Virus record (IMG/VR): IMGVR_UViG_3300023174_000117
Coordinates: 23,581-87,580 of that record
Direction: 5' to 3' (one strand)
Source of the DNA: a virus
Length of the DNA stretch: 64,000 bases
A program made the translations under genes and the position numbers. Under the pieces are notes generated by a model. It was not told where the DNA came from. It did not search any database and saw only the letters and a program-made list of their open reading frames with translations. Shown one piece after another: positions 54,971 to 64,000 of this stretch; position 1 is the first letter of the stretch; every line of letters starts with the position of its first letter.

Positions 54971-55723
54971 TCAGTCTGTCCAGTTGTTCATGCAGAGATC
55001 TTTGAAGTCACAAAAATTACAAAGTTGCGATGGCTTTTTATCCCAAGCAGAATCCGTTGTAATCAAATTTCCAAACTTGGCAATTTTATCTTTACAATTG
55101 GAAATGTCTTTATCTGAAATTTCCCATGTCTTATAATCGCAATTATGCTTAAGAAGCATGTAGCTTCCGGTTATCTTCTCTGCATCAGAAAACTCTTCCT
55201 TGATGACGAGAGAATAAACGTAAAGCTGGAATGGCGTCAAATACTTGGGATCCTTACTTGTCTTATAATCAACTACATGATAGTGTCCATCGCCAACCTT
55301 GTCGATCCGGTCGATGAACCCTCTTATATTATAATCACCGATTTCCATAAGGAAAGGCTTTTCGACAAAAAGAACATTTGGGAGACTATTTTTTTTGATT
55401 TGGTCCAGATAGGACTGAAGTGTCCGTCGTACTAAATCTGCATCTTTCTCAAGAATGCTTTCGTCAAATTCCTTTAGAGCTAGTTCCATGCACTTCTTCA
55501 TCAGTGCTGGGTACTCAGACTGTGGTAGGAATTGCTCAATTAAGTACTTGTGAAACTTTTCCAAAACCAAGTGGACATACGAGCCGAACTCAAGATGATC
55601 CCACTTCTTCTTTGGGATGTCTGGCTTCTCTATATAAGTATACCAATATTTCTTTGGGCACTTTTCATATGTTCCTATCGAAGAGACTGATAGGGCAAGT
55701 CTTTTTTTTATTTCTAATGACAT
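54971..55723 (-). CDS. PD-(D/E)XK exonuclease, AddB/RecB/Cas4-like
   Basis: S.SSI..YE.CP, G..VH, GFIDRID, VDYKT, QL..Y, C-terminal C..C.....C. Confidence 0.85.
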   Translation of the reverse strand: MSLEIKKRLALSVSSIGTYEKCPKKYWYTYIEKPDIPKKKWDHLEFGSYVHLVLEKFHKYLIEQFLPQSEYPALMKKCMELALKEFDESILEKDADLVRRTLQSYLDQIKKNSLPNVLFVEKPFLMEIGDYNIRGFIDRIDKVGDGHYHVVDYKTSKDPKYLTPFQLYVYSLVIKEEFSDAEKITGSYMLLKHNCDYKTWEISDKDISNCKDKIAKFGNLITTDSAWDKKPSQLCNFCDFKDLCMNNWTD

Positions 55724-55724
55724 T

Positions 55725-56606
55725 TTAAAATATTTTACTCATAACTGGGTCCTCGATCCACGGGAATACATAATTATTACGCAAATGGTTAGTTAAATCT
55801 AGAGTTTTTTGATTTATCGACTGGGTTGACTCTATCCATCTGCACTCACGACTATCGTGATAGTAGAAGACTATTTTTCCAGTTTTTTGATTTACGAAAT
55901 ACCTAACTAAATTTCCAAAAACAGGTGGTGAACTTTGAAGATGCTCGTTGTAAAAATTAGATCTGGTATTTAAAGTTCCTAATGGTCTGTTTATTATCTT
56001 CACTACTTGAGACTTCATATTCTCTTCGGTAGACCCATCAATCAAGATTAAACCTGCATTTGGATCAAATTCAAGATTGTTGTTTACAGAGCTTGTCTTT
56101 GACTGATATGGTTCCTCTATAGATGCAAGCTCCAAAGTAAAGTTGATGAAATCTACTGCGGTTTTTCCACCATCGAATGGTTTATAAACATCTCGTGATG
56201 ATGGCTTGTACTCTAAATCTATAAATGGAATGCTGGTCTGCTGAGCTTCTTCGTTATCCTGGTTGTAGGAAAGATATTCCACTGGAGTTGAGTCCACAGG
56301 AAGAACCGAGATTCCATCATTCTCAGCAAATCTTTTTGTAAATGTAGTTGGGGTCTGAGAGTAAACTTGCTCAAAAATATCGGTTGATTCAATCCCAGAT
56401 ATAGCGATGGCCTTGAATGTAAATTCGAGATAGTTTGTGGGCAGATAAAGAACACCGCCCTCAACCATTTCCGAAGACCCGTCAGGGTCTGTTCCATCTA
56501 AAGTATAGAATACGGACGCTGGAACATTAACCGTAAAAGTTAAATATTCTGGAATTCCTGAGACTATCTGCCTAGTGCTTTCTTTTACTGTTAATAATAT
56601 TGCCAT
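55725..56606 (-). CDS. Protein with FN3-associated/chitobiase-C-like domain (likely late/virion)
   Basis: VFYTLDGTDP...KAIA motif; late-promoter motif upstream. Confidence 0.6.
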   Translation of the reverse strand: MAILLTVKESTRQIVSGIPEYLTFTVNVPASVFYTLDGTDPDGSSEMVEGGVLYLPTNYLEFTFKAIAISGIESTDIFEQVYSQTPTTFTKRFAENDGISVLPVDSTPVEYLSYNQDNEEAQQTSIPFIDLEYKPSSRDVYKPFDGGKTAVDFINFTLELASIEEPYQSKTSSVNNNLEFDPNAGLILIDGSTEENMKSQVVKIINRPLGTLNTRSNFYNEHLQSSPPVFGNLVRYFVNQKTGKIVFYYHDSRECRWIESTQSINQKTLDLTNHLRNNYVFPWIEDPVMSKIF

Positions 56607-56629
56607 ATTTTATTGCTCTTAATTAGTAA

Positions 56630-58735
56630 CTATCTGGATGTAAAGCTAGTCGTACTTTCACCATTTATCTTTTGAACCTCTATTATATTGTCAAACCTCT
56701 CCTTTAAGGACTCATCGTGAGTAATGACAAGAATTTTGTATTTCGACTCAAGTGATTTTATCACATTTACAAACAAAGTCTCGACCCCACTCTTGTCTAA
56801 TGGTGAGTTTATCTCATCGAGAAGTAGAAACTCTAGTGAAGATCCACCATGATTACTTGCCATTTCACTAAGAGCTATTCTGAGGGCCAGAGCAATCCTG
56901 AATTGCTCACCACCACTAAGAGAATAAAAATTACAAAGTGAACCATCTTTCTTTACATTTAAATCGAGAGTTTCTACGATAGAGACCCCATCAGATCCTG
57001 ATCTTTGAGTTTCAAGGCAAATTACGAAGGAGTCGCTAGAAATAGATTGAAGAATTTCATTGGACTTCTTTTCTAAATCGGATATAACAACATCAAGAAG
57101 AATTGTTTGAATTCCATTTTTACCAAACATCTTTGTCATCTTCTCAAAAACTGCGACCCGATCTTGTTTCCTTGAGAGATTTTTCATCTCAGAGTTTAGA
57201 GAATCCTTCTTCAAGCTAAGTGTCGAAGTTTTCTCTTTTAGTGTTCCTAGCTCAACGCTAGAACTCAAGATGAGAGATGACAAAGTGGAAAGATCTTCTT
57301 TTCTCTTTTTCAGCTTTGAATTAAGATTCTGGAAGTTTTCGTTTTTTAGAGAATCAAGAATAGCATCATTATCTATAATTTTGTTCTTAATTCCAACGAG
57401 TGTGCCATACATCTCGTCCTTTTCTTTTTGAATTTGTTCTATGTCTGAGTTAAGAGAGGTAAGCTTAAAAGAGAGAATTGGTAACTTTGCGTTGTACTCA
57501 TCAACTCTCTTCTTGTCCTTCTGCTGCTTGAGAAGATCCTCAGAAGTCTTGTCGAGGTATTGTACTCTTGTTTCGGCGTTTTCTTTTTTATCCTTTAGGA
57601 ATTGAACCTTTTGATCATGCTCCGATTTAATCTTTGCGAAATCTTCAGGAGATACTTTCTGATGGCAGGTGTAGCACTCCTCTTCTTTTATTGAGATTTT
57701 CTCCAGCTCTTTCAGCTTTTCTTTGGAAGACTTTATGATGGAGTTATATTCGTAAGTCTCTGCCTTAGTCTTTTCAACTTTAGAGTCAAGATCTGGATCT
57801 ATATTAATTAGAGATATTTGCTTTTCAATCTCTGATATTTCAGATTCTACCTTGTTTTTATAGTTTGTTTTTTCCTCTAACTGAGAGACATATCTCTCAT
57901 ATTTAACCTTAAGGTCTTTCCCGGATGTTTTGAGCGAAGCGGTTTCCGCAGTTATTCTGTCCCAACTGTCGGTATCGATAAGACTCTTCTCCTTGAGATA
58001 TCTTTCGGATAGAGCTTCGACCTCTGATTGCAAGGAAGCCAATTCGGAATTTTTTTCCTCAATAAGCTTTCCCAAGTTATCCATTTGAGATTGAAATGGA
58101 GAAAGGACTTTAATTTCTTCGTTCAGAGTATCAATCTTTGTTTGAGTTACAATCAAATCATTCTGAGCTTCTTTTAACTTTTTCTTAGACTCCTTCTCGT
58201 AGGTATCCCACTTAGAAATATCTACGATACTTTTCAGAATCTCTTTTTTTCTAGATGCTTCTGATGTTGCAAATTCAGAAATATCATTTTGCCGAAAATA
58301 AGCTGAGTTGACAAACGTCTTATAATCAAGCTTAATTGTGGAACAAATCTTATCGTTGGTATCGCCAGAAGTCGAACCAGAAAGGCTTATCCATTTGCCA
58401 TTCTCATCTAAAACTAAAAAGTCAACAGTAGATGTAGACGTGGAACGAAGTCTCGTCCGCTTCACCCTATATGTATGTGAGTCATGGATGAAATCGAAGG
58501 TGACGGAGCATCTGTTTTCGCCCCAATGAATAACATCATCCATCATTGATGCTCTTGACTTATTAAAAAGGCACCAGAGGATTGATTCGAAAATTGCAGA
58601 CTTTCCGGAGCCATTTGACTTTGAATAATCGCCATCAGTGCTACCCAAAAGTAGTGCGGAATTGAAATCTTTAAATTCGATTTCGGAAGATCTGTGAGAA
58701 AAGAAATTCTCCAAAATTAAAGATACTGGTTGCAT
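56630..58735 (-). CDS. sbcC: SbcC/Rad50-like ATPase
   Basis: LENFFSH, NGSGKS, Q-loop, CYTC hook, LSGGE, LLLDE, ITHD. Confidence 0.9.
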   Translation of the reverse strand: MQPVSLILENFFSHRSSEIEFKDFNSALLLGSTDGDYSKSNGSGKSAIFESILWCLFNKSRASMMDDVIHWGENRCSVTFDFIHDSHTYRVKRTRLRSTSTSTVDFLVLDENGKWISLSGSTSGDTNDKICSTIKLDYKTFVNSAYFRQNDISEFATSEASRKKEILKSIVDISKWDTYEKESKKKLKEAQNDLIVTQTKIDTLNEEIKVLSPFQSQMDNLGKLIEEKNSELASLQSEVEALSERYLKEKSLIDTDSWDRITAETASLKTSGKDLKVKYERYVSQLEEKTNYKNKVESEISEIEKQISLINIDPDLDSKVEKTKAETYEYNSIIKSSKEKLKELEKISIKEEECYTCHQKVSPEDFAKIKSEHDQKVQFLKDKKENAETRVQYLDKTSEDLLKQQKDKKRVDEYNAKLPILSFKLTSLNSDIEQIQKEKDEMYGTLVGIKNKIIDNDAILDSLKNENFQNLNSKLKKRKEDLSTLSSLILSSSVELGTLKEKTSTLSLKKDSLNSEMKNLSRKQDRVAVFEKMTKMFGKNGIQTILLDVVISDLEKKSNEILQSISSDSFVICLETQRSGSDGVSIVETLDLNVKKDGSLCNFYSLSGGEQFRIALALRIALSEMASNHGGSSLEFLLLDEINSPLDKSGVETLFVNVIKSLESKYKILVITHDESLKERFDNIIEVQKINGESTTSFTSR

Positions 58736-59898
58736 TATCCTATAATCCTTTTAGATTCTTCCAGCAGAAGTTTCATCATTTCTGGGGAAAGGTCTTGCAT
58801 TTCTGCATAAGCCTTAAAAATATCATAATCATTTTTATGATTTAGTATATCTTGATTTTTCTCAGATTTGGTTTGCGATATATCAATTAGAATCTTCGTT
58901 AATAAAAAGCAACCTCTTCCATAACAGAATTTCTCTATTTCATTTTTGTTGATGACCCCAGATAAGTTTTCTTTAATTAGAAGCTTAATTTTTATAATTT
59001 TATCTGAAAGGTCTTTATTCTTCAAAAAGTCTTTTACGGACTCAAGATAATTCGACGTTGTTGCAGACTTGAGATCTATCTCAATGTCTTCGATTTCTCG
59101 AACTGGATTTTTTATTGTCTTAACTTCTTTTGTTAAGAAATTGAAATCTATAAAGTATTTATCCGTCTTAGAATCGCCAAAGTTTGTCTTCTCAAGTGAG
59201 CCTACATAATAAGAGACTGGTTCTTTCTTTCTGACGAGAGAGAACTCATGGAGATGACCCATAACAACAAGATCAGATCTCTTTACTGATTCGGGATAAA
59301 GCAAAACTTCTCCGCCACCAAAATCAAAATAATTTCCCTTAAAAAAGAAATTATGTCCAACAGTTAGCGTTGGAAGCTTCAGATCCACATCGGAAAACAA
59401 AGATGAAATATGGGTATTGAAGCTTTCAACATATTCTTTTTGATTTGAGCCCGCATACATTCTCTTGTCACGATATGGGATCATGAAAAGATTTGCTTTA
59501 TTGCCATTCTTGTTTGTATAAACGATATTCTCTGGCTCCAAAAGCAGCCTTACATTGGAATAATTCTTCGCAGGAAGTGAAGATATTGAGCTGGTAAAGG
59601 TTTCTCCTGTCTTTTTATAATCATGATTTCCCATTATTATTATAGTGAAAATGTGGTTATCAGACAGTTTTTTTATCGCACGATCAGCTATTTCGATCTG
59701 CTCTGGAGTTGGATTCCTAACTTCAAAAAGATCTCCAGTCTGAATGAAGATATCTGCCTCCGTCTTGATGGCATAATCAACGATATAGTTTAGTGAACGT
59801 TCATAGTCATCAATTCTTGTATTTCCACCATTTCCATTGTTCTTGCCTAAACCAAATATGGCCCCAATATGGGTGTCTCCACAAATTACAGCCCTCAT
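58735..59898 (-). CDS. sbcD: SbcD/Mre11-like nuclease
   Basis: GDTHIG, GDLF, GNHD, GH, GHLH. Confidence 0.9.
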   Translation of the reverse strand: MRAVICGDTHIGAIFGLGKNNGNGGNTRIDDYERSLNYIVDYAIKTEADIFIQTGDLFEVRNPTPEQIEIADRAIKKLSDNHIFTIIIMGNHDYKKTGETFTSSISSLPAKNYSNVRLLLEPENIVYTNKNGNKANLFMIPYRDKRMYAGSNQKEYVESFNTHISSLFSDVDLKLPTLTVGHNFFFKGNYFDFGGGEVLLYPESVKRSDLVVMGHLHEFSLVRKKEPVSYYVGSLEKTNFGDSKTDKYFIDFNFLTKEVKTIKNPVREIEDIEIDLKSATTSNYLESVKDFLKNKDLSDKIIKIKLLIKENLSGVINKNEIEKFCYGRGCFLLTKILIDISQTKSEKNQDILNHKNDYDIFKAYAEMQDLSPEMMKLLLEESKRIIG

Positions 59899-60428
59899 CT
59901 TGCACCAAATTTTTTCTTCATCTTTTCATTTAAGGATGTTAGGTATTTCGCATCATCTTTCTTTTTTTCGAAAATTACTTCATCTAGCTTTTGCAAAAAG
60001 CCGTTGGTATCTTCGAGAGTCTGTGGGTTGTTAATCAGAAATTCTCTAATTACTTCGGAGTTTTGCACCAAAAGCGGAAAGCACTCCCTTTTCTTCTCAA
60101 CAACATCAGAATATTTACCAGGAAACTTAACAAGAAGCTTTAGATCATTTAGGGCTTCTAGAAATTCCTTTTGAGCGCAAAGCATATAGAAATCTATAAC
60201 AGAACTTCCTGCATTACACCCATAGCAAAAAAAGTTATTATCCTTCGAGTTGATATAAAGAGACGATGTTCTTTCTCTTCCGTGCTTATGATTTACGGAG
60301 GGGCATCTACACCTAAGATCAAAATTACCGGCGGCAGTTCTCTCCAATCCAATGGAAAAGTTACGAGCTATATCAGCTATCATAACCTGCTTTATGACGT
60401 CATTTTTAGATGCCTTCAAATTTTCCAT
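59895..60428 (-). CDS. Stand-alone CHC2 (primase-type) zinc-finger protein
   Basis: CP...H....ERTSSL.I.......F.CYGC..G..VIDF.M......F.EAL..L. Confidence 0.8.
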   Translation of the reverse strand: MENLKASKNDVIKQVMIADIARNFSIGLERTAAGNFDLRCRCPSVNHKHGRERTSSLYINSKDNNFFCYGCNAGSSVIDFYMLCAQKEFLEALNDLKLLVKFPGKYSDVVEKKRECFPLLVQNSEVIREFLINNPQTLEDTNGFLQKLDEVIFEKKKDDAKYLTSLNEKMKKKFGAR

Positions 60429-61471
60429 CTCGATAGTCCGAATATATCAAAAAAGCTGGAAGGCTTATGTTTATTAATAGTACCGGAAATATCATCAAGT
60501 CGAGGACTTCGAAAAATAATATCCTGAGGATGATTTGGGCTTGAAAAAATTGCAGAGCCAATCTCCGAAAGATTCTCTGCGCCAGCCTTATCTATAATAA
60601 TCCTGCTTTCCATGGAGTTTGACGTTCTTAGCGCAATTTTTCCTGAAAAAGAAGCTTTAATTAGTCCGGGAAAGACTTTAGATGACGGCCTTTGAGTTGC
60701 CAAGATTAGGGATATTCCGGCCGCTCTCCCCTTTTGAGCTAGGCTTACAACCTGGTCTGCAATACCGGGATTGGAAAGAACTATGTCAGCCCATTCATCA
60801 ACGATGAGACATTCGTATTTTTCAGAAGGATCTTTGCGTGCTCGATACTCTTTGATGTTCGAACAGCCTGAGTTTTTATATTTCTCAAATCGGGTGTTCA
60901 TAATCTTCGTCAAATGACTTAAGACTAGCCCTAGCTCGTGATTATTCAGAGAGATCGTCATTACATTTTTGACGCCCGAATATTTAGAAAATTCCACAAG
61001 CTTGGGATCGCAGAGATGAATGTTTGTGTTAGACTTCATCATAGAAATTACTATTGAGTGCAGCAACATACTTTTTCCAGAGCCTGGAACTCCACCGATT
61101 ATGAGGTTTGGTATGGTGGAAAGATCAGGCTGAAGTATATTTCCGTCTGCGTTTAGACCAAGCAGTATTGGAATTTCTCCAGAATGCTTTTGCTCAAAGT
61201 CCTCAAAATTCCTTGACTCAAGCTCTCTTTTTCTAAAGGTGATTTTAAAGCAACCTGACTCGTAATCATAATGTCCTAGTGGCTCGGTTTTCGCCTTAAG
61301 CATAAGACCTATCTGCTTAAGATTCTTTTCCAGCCTAGATATTTTTGAATCTACTCTTGGGTAAATAGAGACAATATCTAAGGAACCTGATTCTGAAAAG
61401 TCTACTCTTTCTGGATTGATTTTTAAGGAGTCGATAAAACTATTGAATTCAGCTTGTTCATCGATATTCAA
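60416..61471 (-). CDS. FtsK/SpoIIIE-family ATPase (motor domain only)
   Basis: P..LG, DL...P.L.I.G..GSGKS, DPK.VEF..Y, IVDEWAD, GRAAGI.LILATQRP, S..IID..GAE.L. Confidence 0.9.
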   Translation of the reverse strand: MNIDEQAEFNSFIDSLKINPERVDFSESGSLDIVSIYPRVDSKISRLEKNLKQIGLMLKAKTEPLGHYDYESGCFKITFRKRELESRNFEDFEQKHSGEIPILLGLNADGNILQPDLSTIPNLIIGGVPGSGKSMLLHSIVISMMKSNTNIHLCDPKLVEFSKYSGVKNVMTISLNNHELGLVLSHLTKIMNTRFEKYKNSGCSNIKEYRARKDPSEKYECLIVDEWADIVLSNPGIADQVVSLAQKGRAAGISLILATQRPSSKVFPGLIKASFSGKIALRTSNSMESRIIIDKAGAENLSEIGSAIFSSPNHPQDIIFRSPRLDDISGTINKHKPSSFFDIFGLSRWKI

Positions 61472-61482
61472 ATGTCACTCCA

Positions 61483-61833
61483 TTACTTTTTCTGGGTTTT
61501 TAACTTTTTCACCTCTAGCTCTAACTCTCTAACCTTAACTTCCAGCTTGATGAATTCATCCTTTAACTTCAGGGAGGTTCTAAAGTTCATAACGATAAGT
61601 CCGAATAACCCCTCTCCTGGATAAACTTTATCTAGGGAGTCCGCAAAAGAAAGCATTCTGGATAGAATTGACTTTACGTTATTGTGATAGGCCGTCGTCT
61701 GATTATCGGGGTGTGTCTTATCGGATAGGATTTTTTTAAAATCTTCTAAAGCCGAAGTGAATCTAGACCTTGCTTCTTGTTTTTTTGACTCCAAGAAAGA
61801 GGAGCCTGAGGGAATTTCTACATCGTCGTTCAT
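61483..61833 (-). CDS. Hypothetical coiled-coil protein (likely start MNDDV)
   Basis: GGAGG RBS and TAATG coupling at 61833. Confidence 0.6.
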   Translation of the reverse strand: MNDDVEIPSGSSFLESKKQEARSRFTSALEDFKKILSDKTHPDNQTTAYHNNVKSILSRMLSFADSLDKVYPGEGLFGLIVMNFRTSLKLKDEFIKLEVKVRELELEVKKLKTQKK

Positions 61834-62159
61834 TATACCTCCGGTATAAGTTGCAGAAAGACTCCGCAATCCTTATGTAATTTAAAAAAATATTGAATTT
61901 TATTAACCTGGTCTTCCGAAAAAAGATGAAAATCTTTTTGGATTAAATTGATGACATTGAAAGCCTTGTTGTGGTTAATTACTGGCGAATCAAAAAGACC
62001 TGCGGCCTTATCTAAAAAATCTATAAGCTTATCTACATCAACCTCATTGGCCCTTATCTTAGCAAAATCTAAGATAACATTAGCGCATGAGTTGCAATAG
62101 ATAAAGCCAGATTTGTCTGCATTTCCGTTGCAGCACAGATATAGCTTTAGTTTATCCAC
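61833..62159 (-). CDS. Hypothetical Cys/His protein
   Basis: CC...CNSC...H..C. Confidence 0.55.
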   Translation of the reverse strand: MDKLKLYLCCNGNADKSGFIYCNSCANVILDFAKIRANEVDVDKLIDFLDKAAGLFDSPVINHNKAFNVINLIQKDFHLFSEDQVNKIQYFFKLHKDCGVFLQLIPEV

Positions 62160-62181
62160 GATGTTAATATATTACTTTATA

Positions 62182-64000
62182 TTATTGCAATTCTGACCAT
62201 GTTAAGGAAATAAATACATCTGCACCAACGGAAGTTTGCGCAACAAATGTTATTATCTCTCCTGATTCGCAGTTTATATTAAGATCTCTGAGCGATGTTA
62301 CTATCGAGCCATCTCTAGGTACTATAAAAGAATGTAACAATACTCCTGAGGTATAGGTTGTTGCAGAGCTGTCAATTTCCGCAAGAGAGATTGTGTTGTC
62401 ATATGCTGAGAAAGAAGAGTCTGTGCCTAAAGTTCCACCCTTATAGACGTATATTCTTACTGGTTTCGTTCCTGTAGTTACGGCAGCAGAAATATACTCC
62501 AACTGCAATTGACTGTGAGCAACCTTGTCATTTAGAACCTTTCCGGCTCTAATTGTAAATATTGGCTTTGCAGTAGTTACGTTTGATTTGGACTGGACTG
62601 TTGAAAATCTGAGGGCAGACCTCGACGAAATTCCATGAACAAAAGAAGCTCCCGAAGCGCCACGAAGATCTATATTTGTTGCGTCATTCCCAAAGTTTCT
62701 GACTCTCCATGAAATATAGAGAGATGGGTTATTAAGATTGGTGACTTGATTTGAATTGGCATATCTTATGACATGAACAGGGTAAAATCTTCCAGAGCTA
62801 GAATCCTCAATTGCGAAGAATATTGCACCATAACCAAGATATTGAGCTATAATGCTATAGACATTACCGTTCTGTGGAGCCAATGTCATTCCGGATGAAC
62901 CAGAACCGTTCATAACATCGATATTCCAATTTGACTGAGAAATAAACGTTTGATCTGGAGTCACTCCGGAGGTAATCTCGGTAAAAACACCAGTAACTCC
63001 AGTTGCACCGGCGTTGACAGAGAAAGATCCCACTGCATCTCTGGCCGTCCTAGATGTAAAATAAACTACGGCTCCGAGAGCATAAGCATCCCATCCGTAT
63101 CCAACGCTAGAAAAATCCGCCTGAGCTATCTTGGCGGCAACTACAGATACTGAATCACCATCCGCTATTGCGATGTTTCCAGAGGCTTCGCCATCAAGCG
63201 TTATTGTTATGTTCCCGCTTCCGCTAGCCTGCGAGTTAACCACCAACCTTTGGATCTCTTGTCTTCCGCCGTTAAGATGAAAAATTCCAAATTGAGTTTC
63301 ATTATATCCAAAATAATATCCACACTCTGGATTTCCAACTCCAGCCATAGAACTGCTGTTTGCAGCACTATTGGTGAATCTTGCTGTAAATCGAGCTTCG
63401 CTAGCCTGCCCAGGTCTATAATGAAGTGGTATTATTGTTCTTAATATTGAGGATGAATCTGGATTTACTCCAGATCTAACTCTGGCTTCAGTTAAAACCG
63501 AATCAATTGCTGGAGTATTATAAGTTTCGGTATACATCACAAAATCGTTGATGCCGTAAACAAAGTTAAACTGAGATACTGGCGTTGGACTTATAGACAT
63601 AAGCTCACCAAAGCCAGAGAGAGGTGCTGCCAAATCTATCTTGAGGTTTCCGACCTTAGAAGATGGATATGATATATCTCCATTTTGTTCTGTCATGGCC
63701 AAAAAGGCTTTGGTCACAACAATGTCATCGTTCGGGTTTATACCCTCATCTGGATCGGATCTCAATTGCTTCGGACTGTTAGTAAATACCGTCTGTATAG
63801 TCGGATTTATAGCTTCAACTGATTGATTTTGAAATCTAACTCTGAAATATTTGGCTATTGGCTTTGATGAGGTCACCCTTCCATCTTCAGTCCATGAAGA
63901 AACTTGCTCCGAATATCTCTTGATTATATCATTTCCATTCTGAGAAAATTCAAGATGTATTGTGCAACTTGCGGAAAATGGATAGCCTGAACTTGATAAG
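62182..64000 (-). CDS. Beta-rich virion/tail-associated protein, 5'-truncated by the window edge
   Basis: Frame stays open upstream of GTG 63876 to the window end; Y.PG...ARFTA.F, Q..WN.D..NG.G.SG, QYLG.G.I.F lectin-like segments. Confidence 0.65.
   Translation of the reverse strand, partial: LSSSGYPFSASCTIHLEFSQNGNDIIKRYSEQVSSWTEDGRVTSSKPIAKYFRVRFQNQSVEAINPTIQTVFTNSPKQLRSDPDEGINPNDDIVVTKAFLAMTEQNGDISYPSSKVGNLKIDLAAPLSGFGELMSISPTPVSQFNFVYGINDFVMYTETYNTPAIDSVLTEARVRSGVNPDSSSILRTIIPLHYRPGQASEARFTARFTNSAANSSSMAGVGNPECGYYFGYNETQFGIFHLNGGRQEIQRLVVNSQASGSGNITITLDGEASGNIAIADGDSVSVVAAKIAQADFSSVGYGWDAYALGAVVYFTSRTARDAVGSFSVNAGATGVTGVFTEITSGVTPDQTFISQSNWNIDVMNGSGSSGMTLAPQNGNVYSIIAQYLGYGAIFFAIEDSSSGRFYPVHVIRYANSNQVTNLNNPSLYISWRVRNFGNDATNIDLRGASGASFVHGISSRSALRFSTVQSKSNVTTAKPIFTIRAGKVLNDKVAHSQLQLEYISAAVTTGTKPVRIYVYKGGTLGTDSSFSAYDNTISLAEIDSSATTYTSGVLLHSFIVPRDGSIVTSLRDLNINCESGEIITFVAQTSVGADVFISLTWSELQ

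Noticed and set aside
54971-55723. Cas4-like nuclease as evidence of a CRISPR system
   Set aside because: No array or other cas genes; stand-alone AddB/Cas4-like nucleases are common in phage replication modules
39927-59898. Bacterial chromosome origin suggested by recA, groEL, glnII, dnaE and sbcCD
   Set aside because: These genes are divergent, tightly packed on one strand with phage-type SSB, sigma and homing endonucleases, and contiguous with terminase, portal and capsid genes
1-64000. Stop-codon reassignment, tRNA/rRNA genes or group I introns
   Set aside because: Conserved genes are full length under the standard code and end in TAA, TAG or TGA; intergenic gaps are short and no tRNA or intron core was recognised by eye (tRNAscan/Infernal not run)

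Overview
A 64-kb segment of a large (jumbo-type) tailed dsDNA phage genome, AT-rich, read with the standard code and almost entirely on the minus strand. In transcription direction (right to left) it has: a partial virion gene; a replication/recombination module (FtsK-like ATPase, stand-alone primase Zn finger, SbcD/SbcC, AddB/Cas4-like nuclease, sigma-70-type factor, HNH endonuclease, a fractured dnaE with a split intein around a free-standing endonuclease, type II glutamine synthetase, SSB, RuvC, GroEL, RecA, primase core, HTH protein); a head module (candidate TerS, CCA-like nucleotidyltransferase, intein-containing TerL, portal, many K-x-A-rich putative internal head proteins, protease-scaffold, two decoration-like proteins, major capsid protein); then a Ser-rich repetitive fibre, an inverted pair of DUF2827-like putative glycosyltransferases, and neck/virion genes. 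The strongest leads are a putative protease-processed K-x-A cargo/polyprotein system, a possible fibre glycosylation cassette, the fractured dnaE, a multi-hairpin leader upstream of the fibre gene, and a TRNTAATA late-promoter motif that also points to nested genes. All family assignments come from recognising motifs by eye; no database search was run.
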